The translations under genes were made by a program, and so were the position numbers. A stretch of DNA of 63,684 nucleotides, filler included, from Octopus bimaculoides (Eukaryota), in NCBI RefSeq assembly GCF_001194135.2. It is 4 parts of 3 records of this genome, joined end to end, with 100 filler letters (N's around TTAATTAATTAA, not from the genome) between each part and the next. Parts side by side here need not be neighbours in the genome. Positions count along the whole stretch, not along the records: positions 1 to 29,592 come from NC_068984.1; 3 more parts are not named here. The stretch is one strand, 5' to 3'. Shown piece after piece: positions 1 through 14,089 of the stretch; position 1 is the first letter of the stretch; each line of letters opens with the position of its first letter. The notes under the pieces were generated by a model. That model saw only the letters and a program-made list of their open reading frames with translations. It was not told where the DNA came from and did no database searches.

Positions 1-235
1 CAAAAGTCTTTGAGAATAATAAAAAATGTTAAAAAACAGTCTGAGTATTAAAATGCATATATACATTCTTTGATGAGAAAATATATTTAAAGTATAAAGC
101 TTTGTATGAACTTTGTAGTGTTACATACTGATTGTCATATTAAGGTGAAATTGTTAAAAACAGTGTTAAAAACAGTGTATGAAAATACACATATGGAAAA
201 ATACATATACATTTCCATATTCTCATATATATATT

Positions 236-245
236 GAGAGAGAGA

Positions 246-282
<37 letters not shown>
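236..282. repeat. (GA)n microsatellite
   Basis: Direct reading of a near-perfect GA tract. Confidence 0.95.
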
Positions 283-283
<1 letters not shown>

Positions 284-344
284 AGTTATATTAAATCTCT
301 TAGCGAGAGATAAACATTAACAATACGGAATCGTAAAATAGATT

Positions 345-632
<288 letters not shown>

Positions 633-1269
633 GTATAATGCAGTTAATTGATCAACCCCTAAGATTCTGAAAGCTAGCATCAACATATGATTTAAATATC
701 TCAACCTTGATCATGTTCAGATCAAGGACTGAGAACTGACTCCGATGAGTCGGCAATGCCAAACATTTAGAAAGCAGTTTTAATGTTGAGTCACCTTATA
801 GTGGCATGAATGATACCTGTGAATTTGCGATTTGTTCTGAAGCTTATATTCAAGGTTAATTTATTTCAAAATCTTGCTGTGGGAATTCTAAGATCGATTA
901 GAAATCTTTCAAAATCAAGGCTTGTCTTTTCGTACAAGATTATGCGTTTGATCGGTGTGTTACAAATTTGTAATGAAAAGGACTTCCTATCATAAGCGCA
1001 ACACTTCGTTAACTATATTGTAAACATCAGAAATTTTGAACCATTTCCGGACATTTGCAATAACCAACGACAGAGCCTGAATCAAAATGGATTCAGATAA
1101 CAAAGATTAATGGAACTTCTTCCATTGTCGTACAAAACTTATTGGCACTACAGCTCATTCAAATGTGTGTCCTTCAATTTTCTCCCACAGCCATTATTCT
1201 TGAATTGTTGATGCTAGCAATAAACTGGGAAAAACAATTAGTGGTTGTGGTTTCAAATATTGAGATGAC

Positions 1270-1560
1270 GTTTGCGGGCGTAGTTCATTGGTAAGAAGCT
1301 TGCTTCCCAGTCACATGGTTCCGTGTTTAGTCCCACTGCGTGGCACCTTGGGCTAACCAAAGTTTTGTAAGTGTATTTGGCAGATAGAAATTGGAAACAG
1401 CCCGTCGTATTTATATATCTATGCGTGTGTGTGTGTGTGTGTCGTTGTGTATGTTTTCCGTCATCACCGCTTAACAACTGGTATTGGTGTGTTTATATCC
1501 CCGTAACTTAGCGGTTCGGCAAAAGGGGGTGATTGCTAGGCTTTACAAAAAAGATAGGGC
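1270..1560 (+). mobile_element. tRNA-derived SINE family A (internal TG/TA microsatellite), degenerate and internally deleted copy
   Basis: Shares the head TGGTAAGAAGCTTGCTTCCCA..CACATGGTTCC..GTCCCACTGCGTGGCACCTTGGGC and the 3' part CCCCGTAACTTAGCGGTTCGGCAAAAG with at least eight other copies in the window. Confidence 0.85.
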
Positions 1561-2485
1561 TTTACAAAAAAGATAAGAGTTTCCAACCTTTGTAAATATG
1601 TGATGGAGCTGGTGTTTTTGTTGAACTGTCGAAGCACGCAATCAAGTGTGTGCATCTTTTCGTCTAAAGAATTTCAGATGGCAGTATGTATGTGTGTGTT
1701 TGGAGAGTCCTGTGAGTAATGCAAGTTATAAGTTAGGTAGAATATATAATGTGACGTTAAGCAAATGAAAGCAAAAAGATATTTTATTCCTTTACATACA
1801 TTGTTTAATGATTCTATAATATTTCGGGAACGAGTCTCTTTTTCACATAAAAGACGACAATAATCAGATAATTTGGGCAAAAATGTGTTGTTACCGGTAA
1901 ACCATTTCATATGTGTGCCAGTATCCGTTTGTGTGTGTGCATGTGTGTATGTGTACATGTGTGTGTTTATGTGTGTGTGTGTGTGTGTGTGCGTGTGTGT
2001 GTGTGTATGTGTGTGTGTGTGTGTGAATCTGATGATTGCACAGTTTGTGGCTTTTGCAAAATGCTTTACCGTTTGATGGCAAGAGCATGATGATTCCAGG
2101 CGACTTTTGACAATTCTTTCTTAAAGAAAATGAAATAAACTGTTACCATGGAGATAGTTGTGTCTCTTGTTCATTTTGAAAATGACATGATGTTTGTTTG
2201 GGAATAGAATATTATTGTCACTGGAGTGTCTTTTTATTTTGTGGTGGTGAAGAGATGAAACAGCTGGATACTCAAACCAAATCTAAACTTCCAATTAGCG
2301 TTAAGGTTTTACTGAATGTACGTGATATGATAAATGAAGTTTTTGCAGCTTATAATAATTTGCGTACTTCACAAACTGAACGATACCTTTCCTCACCAAT
2401 GGCGATCTTGTGAATCGGTAAATAAGAAAATAATGAATATTTCGTTGTATCTCAGGAAGGATACTTTGTCAATAATAAGCACACG

Positions 2486-2679
2486 CAGTGGTTAAATTAC
2501 ACTTCTTAATTATTCGTCAATTGGTTAGCTATTTAACCACAAAACTAATTGATTGTTTTACTAATCATTCGGTTTATCAATTGATCAGTTGTACTGAGTG
2601 ATTTATTAACCGAATAATTAATCAACAGTCGATTAGTTAGTTAGCTAACCAACTGACGAGTAGTAAAATTTAACCAGTG
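2486..2679. mobile_element. Degenerate foldback/MITE-like element (~194 bp)
   Basis: CAGTGGTTAAATT...TCGTCAATTGGTTAGCTA on the left pairs with TAGCTAACCAACTGACGA...AATTTAACCAGTG on the right. Inner segments CTAATTGATTG..ATTCGGTT and AACCGAAT..CAGTCGATTAG also pair. Confidence 0.6.
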
Positions 2680-3211
2680 GATGTGTTTATTATTGGTATA
2701 ATTCCCGAAACAACAAAATCTGTTTCAATACACATGTTCACATCAAGAATTTTGCAAAACAATACAAAGCCAAAATCATTAATTTATTTGAGGGAAGTCG
2801 ATCACAAAAACATTGATTTTTGTGCTGATTATAATTTGTCTGATCAATTATCCATTGGAGTTCCTAAACAACTGAAACTCTGGATAGAGTGCCTCAAAAT
2901 AATTTGGCCTTGATGAAGGGATGTGTTCTAATGCTATTACAAAACTTAAATTAGGCTAATTGACTATGACTGGGAAATGAATTCGAAAACTTCATTTAAA
3001 TGAACGTTTAATTGAAAGCACAATAATCACCGAAAGTGAACATTATTCAAAACAGTTCATTGTACCAAGAATTAAATGGAGATGGTGTACTACTATTTTA
3101 CTATTTAATTTTACACGATTATAGTTTCCATTTTAATAGATTATGTAATGATCATTGTCAGTCGTTTCCAATGAAAAAAACATCATATTTCCAACCAATC
3201 TATTCCATCTG

Positions 3212-3268
3212 AATTACACTGGTCAACAAAAATTACACTGGTCAACAAGAATTACACTGGTCAAGAAA
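3212..3268. repeat. 19-bp minisatellite x3 (AATTACACTGGTCAACAAA)
   Basis: Three tandem near-identical units at 3212, 3231 and 3250. Confidence 0.9.
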
Positions 3269-4032
3269 AAAAAAATTGAAATAGTATCGAGTCACCAAAC
3301 ATCTTTTTTAGCTAATTTGAGGATGCTGAATCTGAAAATGACCTTACTTTTCTTGGTTAGCTACCGTTTTTGCTGTACAGAAATGCCTTATTTTTGGGAT
3401 AAAAAGCATCTGATATTCATCGATGGTAATATTCCTCAAAGTAAAATCTTAGAAACCTCTCAATTCGTATTTAAACCAACAAATATTGGTCTGCTTATTG
3501 AGAAATATTATTTTTTGCAATAGTCTTTAAAAATAACACGATTGAATATACCAAGACCAACAAGTATTTTCATCAAATCATTAAATAAACTAACAGCAGA
3601 AATAAAACCTTCGTGAACATAAGAACTATGGTAAAAATTTTCTCTTTCTTGATTGTCTGTCATGTTCAATATTATTTAAGTCCCATTTGATATTCCAGCA
3701 GTAGTCATCCATCATTCGTACACTACTTTGACGTTTTACTGTGTTGAAGCTGTCTTCTTAACCGTTACAACATCAGATTACATAATTCAGATCTTGAAAA
3801 TAAAAATGGAACATCGTGCTCTTAAAAAAAAAACTCGTCCTCATCATTATCAACGACAACAGCTGTTGCTGAGTAGAGCGACAGAGGATACACTTTCCCG
3901 TCTTATACGTAATATTTAAACTGCATCTCTACTCAGAGGTATTTCGGAATATTAGTCAGAAACCGCAATCTGACATAGTAAAAATATTCAATAATTCACC
4001 TTGGTTTCCAATTATTTGTGTGTATTTATGTT

Positions 4033-5316
4033 TATGAGTGTGGGCTTAAAAGTTCATAGGCTAACTGTGAAGGAATGATGCTACAGCTGTGAAATCACAG
4101 CTGCATTAATGTTAAATCCTCTTCTTAACAATTCCTTTGCTTTTCAAGCTAAACTGATATCTGATTGTTCAAAGAAGGCTAGAAAAACAACTAGTAGCCA
4201 CTTCTATTGAAAATCGACAAAATTTGGCATCGTAGAATCATCAAGTACTTGCAGATAAAAGTTGTGTCCCCGAAGGGCATTCAAGCTCAAATTAGTCGAT
4301 GACGCTCCAGCTTTATTAACTGTGCAAAATTGGGCGGCTGAATTTACGATTGGAAGGGAGAGTTTTGCAGACTACCCACGATCTGGACGTCCTGCAACTG
4401 CCACCACCGAGGAAAACATTGATTGTGTTCACCACATGGTGATAGATGACTGGCGATTGACTATAAATGAAACATCCAACGCTACTAAGAAATCCCATGA
4501 GTGAGTTAAGAATATACTATTCAATGAACTTTTCATGACGAAAGTTTCTGTTTAGTGGGTTCCACGTCTTCTGACATCTGACCAAAATCCGTCCCCGATG
4601 ATCGTACCGCGTAAAAACCTGACGATGTCTGAGGCAGATCCAGATAGTTTGCTTGAACATTTCCTAATCCAGGATGAGTGTTGGGTTCATCACTTTGAGC
4701 CAGAGACAAAGAGAAAATCCAGGTAATGGAATCATGCCACTCGCCTGCCCCAAAGAAGACCAATGTCATTTCTTCAGCAGGGATGGTGATAGCCTCATAC
4801 TGGAGCATGTAATAGGAATTGTATTATTGAGTATTTTCAAAAGGGCCACACTATAAATGAAGAGTACTATGTCAACTTGCTGAGGCAGTTACGAAAGGCT
4901 ATCAAGACCAAACGCCCAGGAAAATTGGCGAAAGGTGTCTTGTTTCATTAGGACAGTTCTTCAGTACACAAGTCTTTTGTTTCAATAGCTGCTGAGCGTT
5001 GCACTAACTTTGAATTGGTTGATCACTATTCCAATACTCCTGATTTGGCCCCATCTAACTATCATCTATTCCCCAACATCGAAAAGACACCTGGCCGGAA
5101 AGCTGTGTCGCAGGAATGATAACGTTATACCTGCTGTTGACGACTTTTTTTACTATTAGGACGAATACATCTTCACCAACTGGATCCAAGCACTGCAACA
5201 CTGATGGAAGAAGTGTGTGGACTGCAAGGGAGACTATGTTGAAAAATAAACCTCATTTGGTCACAATCCATAAGAATATCTTGATCTGTGTATGAACTTT
5301 TCAGCCGACCCTCGTA
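4033..5316 (+). mobile_element. Full-length (~1.28 kb) decayed mariner DNA transposon, irritans/Himar1-like; transposase disrupted
   Basis: 26-bp TIRs including terminal TA: TATGAGTGTGGGCTTAAAAGTTCATA and TATGAACTTTTCAGCCGACCCTCGTA. Frameshifted peptides F..GRES..DYPRSGRP.TATTEENI, WVPRLLT, QDECWVHHFEPETKRKS, PDLAPSNYHLFP, and the end CKGDYVEK*. Confidence 0.95.
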
Positions 5317-6109
5317 AACTAACGAATCTATCTTGAAAGTAAATAAACATTTATTTATTTCGATTGATTGATTATAGGAATTTTTCAGCAGCAGTTAAAA
5401 CTTTTTATAGTAGTTATTTTTACTCTCTTCATGTTTATGACAAAATTATTGTAGACATCAGAGTATTAAATTCTTGACATTATATGACAGATAAAGATAT
5501 TGATGATGCACATACATGTGTGATAGTAAATATTTCATATTTGTTGTAAGCAATAAATTCGTAATTTATTCAACCGAAACAATGTGCTAATAGATTTCAC
5601 ATAGTTACAGGAAGCCTACACATACATACATACATACATACATACATACACACATACACACACACACGTACACACACACACACACACGTATAGATAAANN
5701 NNNNNNNNNNNNNNNNNNNNNNNNNNNNNNNNNNNNNNNNNNNNNNNNNNNNNNNNNNNNNNNNNNNNNNNNNNNNNNNNNNNNNNNNNNNNNNNNNNNN
5801 NNNNNNNNNNNNNNNNNNNNNNNNNNNNNNNNNNNNNNNNNNNNNNNNNNNNNNNNNNNNNNNNNNNNNNNNNNNNNNNNNNNNNNNNNNNNNNNNNNNN
5901 NNNNNNNNNNNNNNNNNNNNNNNNNNNNNNNNNNNNNNNNNNNNNNNNNNNNNNNNNNNNNNNNNNNNNNNNNNNNNNNNNNNNNNNNNNNNNNNNNNNN
6001 NNNNNNNNNNNNNNNNNNNNNNNNNNNNNNNNNNNNNNNNNNNNNNNNNNNNNNNNNNNNNNNNNNNNNNNNNNNNNNNNNNNNNNNNNNNNNNNNNNNN
6101 NNNNNNNNN

Positions 6110-6141
<32 letters not shown>

Positions 6142-6169
6142 TTCTTAAGAGTGCATAGACAGACAGACA

Positions 6170-6172
6170 ATC

Positions 6173-6260
<88 letters not shown>
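6170..6260. repeat. (AGAT)n tetranucleotide microsatellite
   Basis: Direct reading. Confidence 0.95.
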
Positions 6261-6261
<1 letters not shown>

Positions 6262-7139
6262 TTCCTTTCCTGGTTGGCTGTTGAATAAAGCGAGCCACTG
6301 TTGAATTAAGTACTATGCTGAGAAACTACGATGCATTTTCAGCGATTTCGGAGATAACATTTGAAAGACAAGTCGATAAGTCTTCTATTCTGTAAGATTA
6401 TACCTGCAAAAACAAGGGGCTACAACGAGCCTCTTAATACAATAATACAACTTACACAGCACAAACTCTTTATCAGATGTTGTTAATATGATAATACGGA
6501 TTACACGTCACATTTCAACAGATAATGCTAGTAATTCAATATACAGATATGAGCGATACATGACATTGAACAGAACAGCATTACGCTTCTATATTGATCT
6601 AAAACAGAGAAAATTAGGTAGTTACTCTCACACTGCTTCCATCAATCAATGCTGACGACACTTCAGAAACAAAGATATTGATGTGAAAAGCGTATACGTT
6701 ACTGTATGAAATGCCATAACTAAAATATATTTGTACTGTTTATGAACCTTTTCATGTCATATAGGATTTATTTTTCATTTGTGCGTTACTATAGGATCTG
6801 ATGACAGTTGTTGTTTGTCAAATGCTCACCGTTAATTTTCAGATATGGCTCACAGACCATCCTTTTATGTATGGTTTGCGTTTGATATTACGTATCTCAG
6901 TCAACCTAATGTTGTTTCTGTTACGATAGTGTTATTAATAAAGAGGCAGTTCACCGTGTGTTTCGTCGTGGAGCACCGTCTTGAAGGAGTTTAGTCGTAC
7001 AAATTGACAAAAGTACTTATTTCTTTTTAAAGTCTAGTACTTATACTATCGAAATGAAAAGAACACTGATATATAATTTTAACAGACGTATTTACAAAAA
7101 TTACATTTTAAAATGTCTTGAAATACTGAAGAGTAAATT

Positions 7140-7640
7140 TTTTCAAGAAAATTACTATTGCGTTCAACCATGGCCTCCACACGACTTCGGACGCTCTCTT
7201 CGCAACTCTTCTGGACCCTCTCCTTTTTTAAGTTGGCGAATGCTGCCATAATCCTTGCCTTCAGTTCATCTTTGGTCTTACAAGGAGTTTTGTTGGTCTC
7301 TCACTCACCTGCGCCCCACACATAATAACCAAGGGAGTTACAGTCTGTGAAGTTAGGGGGTCAGATGTTAAGGGAAATTGTCTGACAGTCATGAATGGGT
7401 TCTCCTGCTTGTGTGGTATGGCGCAGAGCCCTGTTGCCTGACATAGCGTCTTCCAGCAGCCACCCTCTTGACCCAGAGCAGCACTACCTTTTCCAGGCAC
7501 TTGATTTAGGTCTCCGTGTGGAGTCTGAGGCCGTGTAGGAAGATGAATGGAGGCATAACGTCGCGATCGCTAGTGATCACTCCAAATACCATTACGTTCA
7601 CTGGATGTTTGATTATTATCACTCTCGGCATATGTCCTCA
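7140..7640 (-). mobile_element. Tc1/mariner superfamily transposase C-terminal remnant, maT/DD37D (Bmmar1-like) type
   Basis: The minus strand gives KHPVNVMVFGVITSDRDVMPPFIF.HGL, QQGSAPYHTSRRT and PNFTDCNSLGYYVWGA.E.ETNKTPCKTKDELKARIMAAFANL. These match the WQQDSAP and WPPNSPDCNPLDY motifs of this family. Confidence 0.85.
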
Positions 7641-8289
7641 GATTGACACCCAAACACTCTGAAATGTTCGTATTTGAGCTTCCGGTGCGAATTCTAAGCA
7701 GTACAGCATGTCCTTTCCAAACTACTGGCAGAATTGCGCCATGGTGCTGTTATTCTCACAGACGGTGCCCAACTGACTCTCCTACACCGTGTAGTCAACT
7801 AAATCAAAAACAAACAATGCGCATGTGCGAAAGTAAAAATATAAAATGGCGACAATTTACCCATCCCATCCCGTATATATAAATTATGCATCGTATTCAT
7901 TCATAGCTATAATTTCATTGAATTAAATTCAATAATCCAGTATTATTTGTGAAATAAATGTTTTTAATTCCCAAGTAATGTGTATAGTCTATAGATGATT
8001 ATAACAACTAAAATAAATCGTACAAACTCACAAATATCCACTTAATAAATTTACATTCAACAACTTCACATATAACCTGCATTTTTGTAAATGTTATTAT
8101 AAAGATAATAAAATCGACTCAACTGATGTGAATTTAAACCATTCAAACAGTTGTTCAAATGTTTTAAGGAACTAATATTTATTTTATTCCTACGCATAAA
8201 ATTGGCCCTATTTTGATATTTAAAATATAGCGTTGTCATGGAGTTACTACGATAAGAGAAAATATTGAATGTAACAGAATAATTGTTTT

Positions 8290-8497
8290 TACTATAGGCA
8301 TAAGGCTGAAAATTGTAGAGGGAGAGGGCAAGTCAGTTACACCGACCCTATTAATCAACAGCTACTTATTTCATCGACCTCCAAATGATTGAAAGCAAAG
8401 TTAAACTCGGCGGTATTTGAACTCACAACGGAACTATGGACTAAATGCTTTAAGTATTTTCTCCGGCGTGGTAAAGATTCTGCCGTCTCACCTCCTT
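8290..8497 (-). mobile_element. tRNA-derived SINE family B (~210 bp)
   Basis: Reverse complement of the AAGGCGGTGAGCTGGCAGAATCGTTAGC...TGAGTTCAAAT...CTTTCATCC...GGCCTTGTGCC family seen at 16885 and 52925. Confidence 0.75.
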
Positions 8498-8519
8498 GAT
8501 AATAATTATTATTATCTTT

Positions 8520-8725
8520 TCCACTATATACACAAGGCCGGAAATTTTTGTGGGAGGAGCTAGTCGATTACATCGACCCCAGTGCTCAACTGATACATTA
8601 TCAACTCTGAAAGGATGAAAGCAAAGTCAACCACGGTGAAATTTGAACTCAGAACGTAAAGACGGACGAAATACCGCGAAACATTTTCTCTAGCGCTGTA
8701 ACAATTGTGCCAGCTCGCCACCTAT
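8520..8725 (-). mobile_element. SINE family B, second copy of a tandem pair
   Basis: CACAAGGCC...ATCGACCCCAGTGCTCAACTG...AAAGGATGAAAGCAAAGTC...AATTTGAACTCAGAACGTAAAG...GCCAGCTCGCC. Confidence 0.85.
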
Positions 8726-11359
8726 AATAACTATACTAACAATTATATTAGAACAATACAATTTTGAAGATTGAGAGAGTGGGGTTGGCTCTGCAGAAAC
8801 CACACCCACTATAATAATATTCATCGTGATGGCTGTTCAGCAAACTAAGACTCTTGAAGCAACACCGTAACATTTTCTTCATAAGTTTTGTGGCGTCATG
8901 GAAAGGATGAAAGGAACTGTTAGGGTATGCTACTACAACTTTTGCAGCCGGATTTGCAAATCCTGGATAGTCTTGAATCCATATGTGAGACGTCATGACA
9001 AGCATTAAACTATTAACACTGAGCAGCTGTATTTTTTCTGATCCCTCATTCGTCGAAGCGACGAGAGACCCCAGCATGTACCCGAATATTAAGATAGTTA
9101 TTATTTGCTGGCAAGATCATAGTATTTCCTTTTGCAACCTTCATATAATACCAAGTATATTAAAGGTTTACTACTCAATACTGTGCCTTACTTTTGTGTT
9201 AGCAGTTCAATGTTCTTATTTTTTTTTTATTTCCGCAGGTTAGCCATAGAGTTCACTGAAAGTTACGTCAGTGCGATGGAAAACAGCAGATAGAAGATTG
9301 AAAATGCAATCGCATCATCCATAGCTTTGTTTTACATAAACGTATTTGTATACGAAACGTCGTAACTTTTAGTGCTGGCTCTGAATTCTATAGAAAATCT
9401 GTAGAAATAAACTTAAAAATAAGATTGTTATGTATTTTAAAAACTTTCAATATTTGTGGTTTGTTAATCTAGGTATTAACTATGCAAACAGTTTTGTGGA
9501 GAAATTGGATAAATATAAATATTTTCTTGAATAATTTCTTATACGTCGGTGTATTTTCATAAGAATGATATTTTATAATCACGATAATAAACATCATATT
9601 ATCAGGAAGAGAAATAAATAAGATTTAAAATTATACATGAGATTAAATATTTCAGTAGAGAAGAAATGCAAAACATTATAAGTTAAGAAGAAACCACGAG
9701 AAAAAAAAAGTGTTATGAAAGACATGTTGTAATAAATTAAAGAAAGGACTAATATGGAATCAGACATACAAAAAAGTGGAAAAGGTTTGAGAAATTTACT
9801 CTGCAAAGCATCTATAGATTTGAGAGCATATTTTGGTTTTGTCATGAATTCAATCAAAATTGAATACAAGATCTGCGCAAGAGAATTACCAAGTTATTTA
9901 CAATTTTCTTATAATAGCGTTATCATTTGTGGCTAACATTTGAGAAAAATATTTATTGGAAAGAAAACACAACATTAATGCTTACTTCTGAAAAAGAAAT
10001 CATTACACAATATCTTGCATGAAGAGATATATAATAATTTGGAAATCAATGAATATATTTCTTCAGGGTTTGCATAATGTTAGAGGAAAATATTTCGATA
10101 TATGAATATTAAAGATTGATTGTATGTTAATAACAATAAAAGAAAGAAATAGCAATTCCGAGTGAAGATGATGACAATCAAAGTGCAATGCGATTTAAAT
10201 TCGTTCACAAGAGACATATATTCCAGAAGCAGCTTCTTAAGAATAATCTCTGGGAATAAAATAGCAAATGTATGTTATATGCAAGCTAAATTGATATATT
10301 ATTACATTAACATATATACCTACATGTATATATGAGTATACATACATATATATATATATATGTATGCATACATATATATGTATGTATATCTATATATGCA
10401 TACATATATATNNNNNNNNNNNNNNNNNNNNNNNNNNNNNNNNNNNNNNNNNNNNNNNNNNNNNNNNNNNNNNNNNNNNNNNNNNNNNNNNNNNNNNNNN
10501 NNNNNNNNNNNNNNNNNNNNNNNNNNNNNNNNNNNNNNNNNNNNNNNNNNNNNNNNNNNNNNNNNNNNNNNNNNNNNNNNNNNNNNNNNNNNNNNNNNNN
10601 NNNNNNNNNNNNNNNNNNNNNNNNNNNNNNNNNNNNNNNNNNNNNNNNNNNNNNNNNNNNNNNNNNNNNNNNNNNNNNNNNNNNNNNNNNNNNNNNNNNN
10701 NNNNNNNNNNNNNNNNNNNNNNNNNNNNNNNNNNNNNNNNNNNNNNNNNNNNNNNNNNNNNNNNNNNNNNNNNNNNNNNNNNNNNNNNNNNNNNNNNNNN
10801 NNNNNNNNNNNNNNNNNNNNNNNNNNNNNNNNNNNNNNNNNNNNNNNNNNNNNNNNNNNNNNNNNNNNNNNNNNNNNNNNNNNNNNNNNNNNNNNNNNNN
10901 NNNNNNNNNNNNNNNNNNNNNNNNNNNNNNNNNNNNNNNNNNNNNNNNNNNNNNNNNNNNNNNNNNNNNNNNNNNNNNNNNNNNNNNNNNNNNNNNNNNN
11001 NNNNNNNNNNNNNNNNNNNNNNNNNNNNNNNNNNNNNNNNNNNNNNNNNNNNNNNNNNNNNNNNNNNNNNNNNNNNNNNNNNNNNNNNNNNNNNNNNNNN
11101 NNNNNNNNNNNNNNNNNNNNNNNNNNNNNNNNNNNNNNNNNNNNNNNNNNNNNNNNNNNNNNNNNNNNNNNNNNNNNNNNNNNNNNNNNNNNNNNNNNNN
11201 NNNNNNNNNNNNNNNNNNNNNNNNNNNNNNNNNNNNNNNNNNNNNNNNNNNNNNNNNNNNNTATATATACATATATACACATACCTACATACGCATATGT
11301 GTATGTGCGTGTGTGTATATGTGTGTATGTTTGTGTTGCGTGCTTGTGTGTCTAGATAG

Positions 11360-11600
11360 GTGCGTCGCCTAGTGAACATGGTGTTGCATGGAAGATCATG
11401 ATTTCGATTTGCTGATCACTGGTGCGTTGTATTTTTGAGCAAAATACTTCATTTTACGTTGCTCGAGTCCACTATCTTGTAAATGGGTCGTTCTGCAATG
11501 GACTGGCGCTCGGTTTACAGGGAAATGTTGGACTCACCACCTAGCCAGCGAGAAATGCGTTGTGACCAGCGGGGTAAAAAACATCCGATAGTCGTGTTGA
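11360..11600 (+). mobile_element. Degenerate tRNA-derived SINE (family C-like head)
   Basis: GGTGCGTTGTATTTTTGAGCAAAATACTTCATTTTACGTTGCTC resembles the reverse complement of the central region of the copies at 16378 and 22800. Confidence 0.55.
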
Positions 11601-12224
11601 TACTGTCATCCAGTGACACTCACACACCCACACACACGCACATATACACGTACAAACATGCATATATACACACATGCATATAAACCTGTGTGCATGTATG
11701 GTAGTAAAAAAAATCGAAGAAAACCTTAAATAGAAAAATGGGCTCAAAAATACATATTGTAAATAATTAATTATATTCGAATTAACACATTAAAATCAAA
11801 TAAAATAAAATATACGTTGCATTAAAAATAAAATAAAATAAAATAAAATAAGTAGGATGAATCTATATTAAATTCATTTGTTTTGTTCATTGCGCACCCA
11901 TGATCGTTATTTGAAACGACCAATCAAACAGATCTATGTGTTTCAAATTTTATATAACTTTTGATTGCATTGTCATTCCTTTACCATTTCTAACAAAACT
12001 GTCAGTGTTATTTTCATTTTTACGTAATTTAGACAGTTTATTCACCGCACCCTGTATATGTATATATATGTATGTATGTACGTGTGTGTGTATATTTATA
12101 TGTATATTCCTCTTACAATTAAAACAAATAGGCTCTTTCTTTGAAAAATTCTCTCGTGGAAATTATGACCGACACGAATATCTCATTGGTTCAATTAGAT
12201 ATTAGTGGTGCTCATAAGGAAGAT

Positions 12225-12260
12225 ATTGAATAATTGAATAATTGAATAATTGAATAATTG
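12225..12260. repeat. 8-bp tandem repeat (ATTGAATA)x4
   Basis: Direct reading. Confidence 0.9.
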
Positions 12261-14089
12261 ACAGAATCTACAAATTATTACAGCGCTGATACTTTCTGAT
12301 TCGTCGTGTTCATTAGGGAATCTCTACGTGGTTCGAACTTGATATGTGCTATGAACGAAACTCTCGAATTTTATGCTCAACTATTTAGATGTTAATTCAG
12401 AAACGAATGATTCATTTGTTCAAACAACTGAGTCCTCATCAATGGACGACGAAGATTTGTCCCCATCAGTATAACCGGAATTATATTGCAAAATGTGTTC
12501 TTCACTTTTTAAAACTGTAATTTGTAAGAGATTTGGCTGCTATTCGAGAATAGAGGTAAAAGCTTGCTCGTTAGCTAGGGAGAACCTCAAATCATAGGGT
12601 TTAGTCAAATAAGAAGTTTGGAGATATATTTTCCAACTCATATTTTCAACCACTTAAATGTCTTCGGTGCATCAGGCATGAAGTGGAGTTGCTGCCAAAT
12701 GGTCGCTTAATGTAAAACTGCTGGAACTCTAGTCAGGAGTTTGGTTTTGTGAGGTGAGTTGAACTGAAGTGTGTATGAGAGTGAGAAAGAGAGAGAAAGT
12801 GAGAGAGAGAAAATTTTCTGACATTATAATTCACAAGTTTTCGCTTAAATAAATAATAATTCTATCTTGGAATAAGATTTACTAGCAAAGGTTTTGCCGA
12901 CAGATCAGAATAGATATCATACTGGTGTTAACAGAGTAAAAGTAACCTAACGAAGAATGCTGAAAACAAAATCACGAAGTAAAGTATGAGAGCAAAATAT
13001 GATTAATCTAATAAAAATAGTGAATTAATATGGTTTGAGAAAACGAGCTCCTTTCAATATTATTTATTCGTATTTTATCTCTCAGAAAGTATTCCGTTCT
13101 ATCGAAGAATTATGATAAGGATTATGCGAGTTATTTACTAATGATAAGAAAAATTATATGCATGTATTCCATAAAAAGAAACTGCTTTACAAAAAGCTGT
13201 AAATGCAGGAGCAGATAAGTTATGAAAGAAATAAATGAAGATAGTTTACTAATGTAAAGAATAGAGAAAAAAGTTTATTACATTCTGAAATAATCTCCCC
13301 AAGAGGAAATAAATGAAGAGAAATAATTGGAGTTGGTTATGATAGAGAAAAGAAATAGTGTCGTTTATATTGCAAGAAATGCATGTACAATGTTTACGTT
13401 GTATACGAAGTGACATATGCGTAGAAAACTATCTAACATAAAAAATAAGGTACGAAAAATTCGGAAGTAAAGATTGCTTTAGGAACCATGAGACTGTATA
13501 TGTATTAAAGAACACGCAGATTTCCTACGATTAGCAGCCTGTTTATTCCCGTGGAGACATGCTATAAGCATCATCATAATCTGAGATCGAACATACCCGA
13601 CTCTACCCCACCCCCTTTCACGATGCCGTATATCGTCCGTGAGTGTAGCAAGGTGACAACATAGCGTGTCCGCACACAGCTGACGGTAAGCAATTCTGCT
13701 GGATGGCAGACATATGTATATCCATTTTGATCTTTCCATTAGGTGGTATCACAGATAAATTCCCGAAAAAATGCATTCCTCTCTCAAATGACATCAGTAA
13801 TTGCAAAGGACTGCCATACATTTTGTGATCGAATAATATCTTCAAAGAGATATTCAGAACTCCCGGAAACATGCGGATTCGAATGCCACTAAGCTTTGTA
13901 CTGACGCCACAGTGATACTGAAGAAACTTCTAACACGATCAGATAGTAACGTCTTCCATATGACACAGAAGATTTTACACTTTTTACCATATGAAGAAGA
14001 TTTTATACTTTTCTTTGGCTTCTTAGTTTACGAAAGATCTATATAGTTCAGTGTTTTATGTTTGATTGTGCTTCTGAAGACCTCCTGAT

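Noticed and set aside
735-775. CCGATGAG..GGC-AAT-GCC-AAAC as a hammerhead
   Set aside because: Both core segments are mutated (no CUGA, no GAAA), so it is too degenerate to support.
8748-10260. Short ORFs at 8748-9243 and 9594-9936
   Set aside because: No recognisable motif or splice pattern; consistent with random or very old repeat sequence.
12035-12056. TTCACCGCACCCTGTA as a Tc1-type TIR
   Set aside because: It looks like a solo right end. No matching left TIR or transposase was found nearby.
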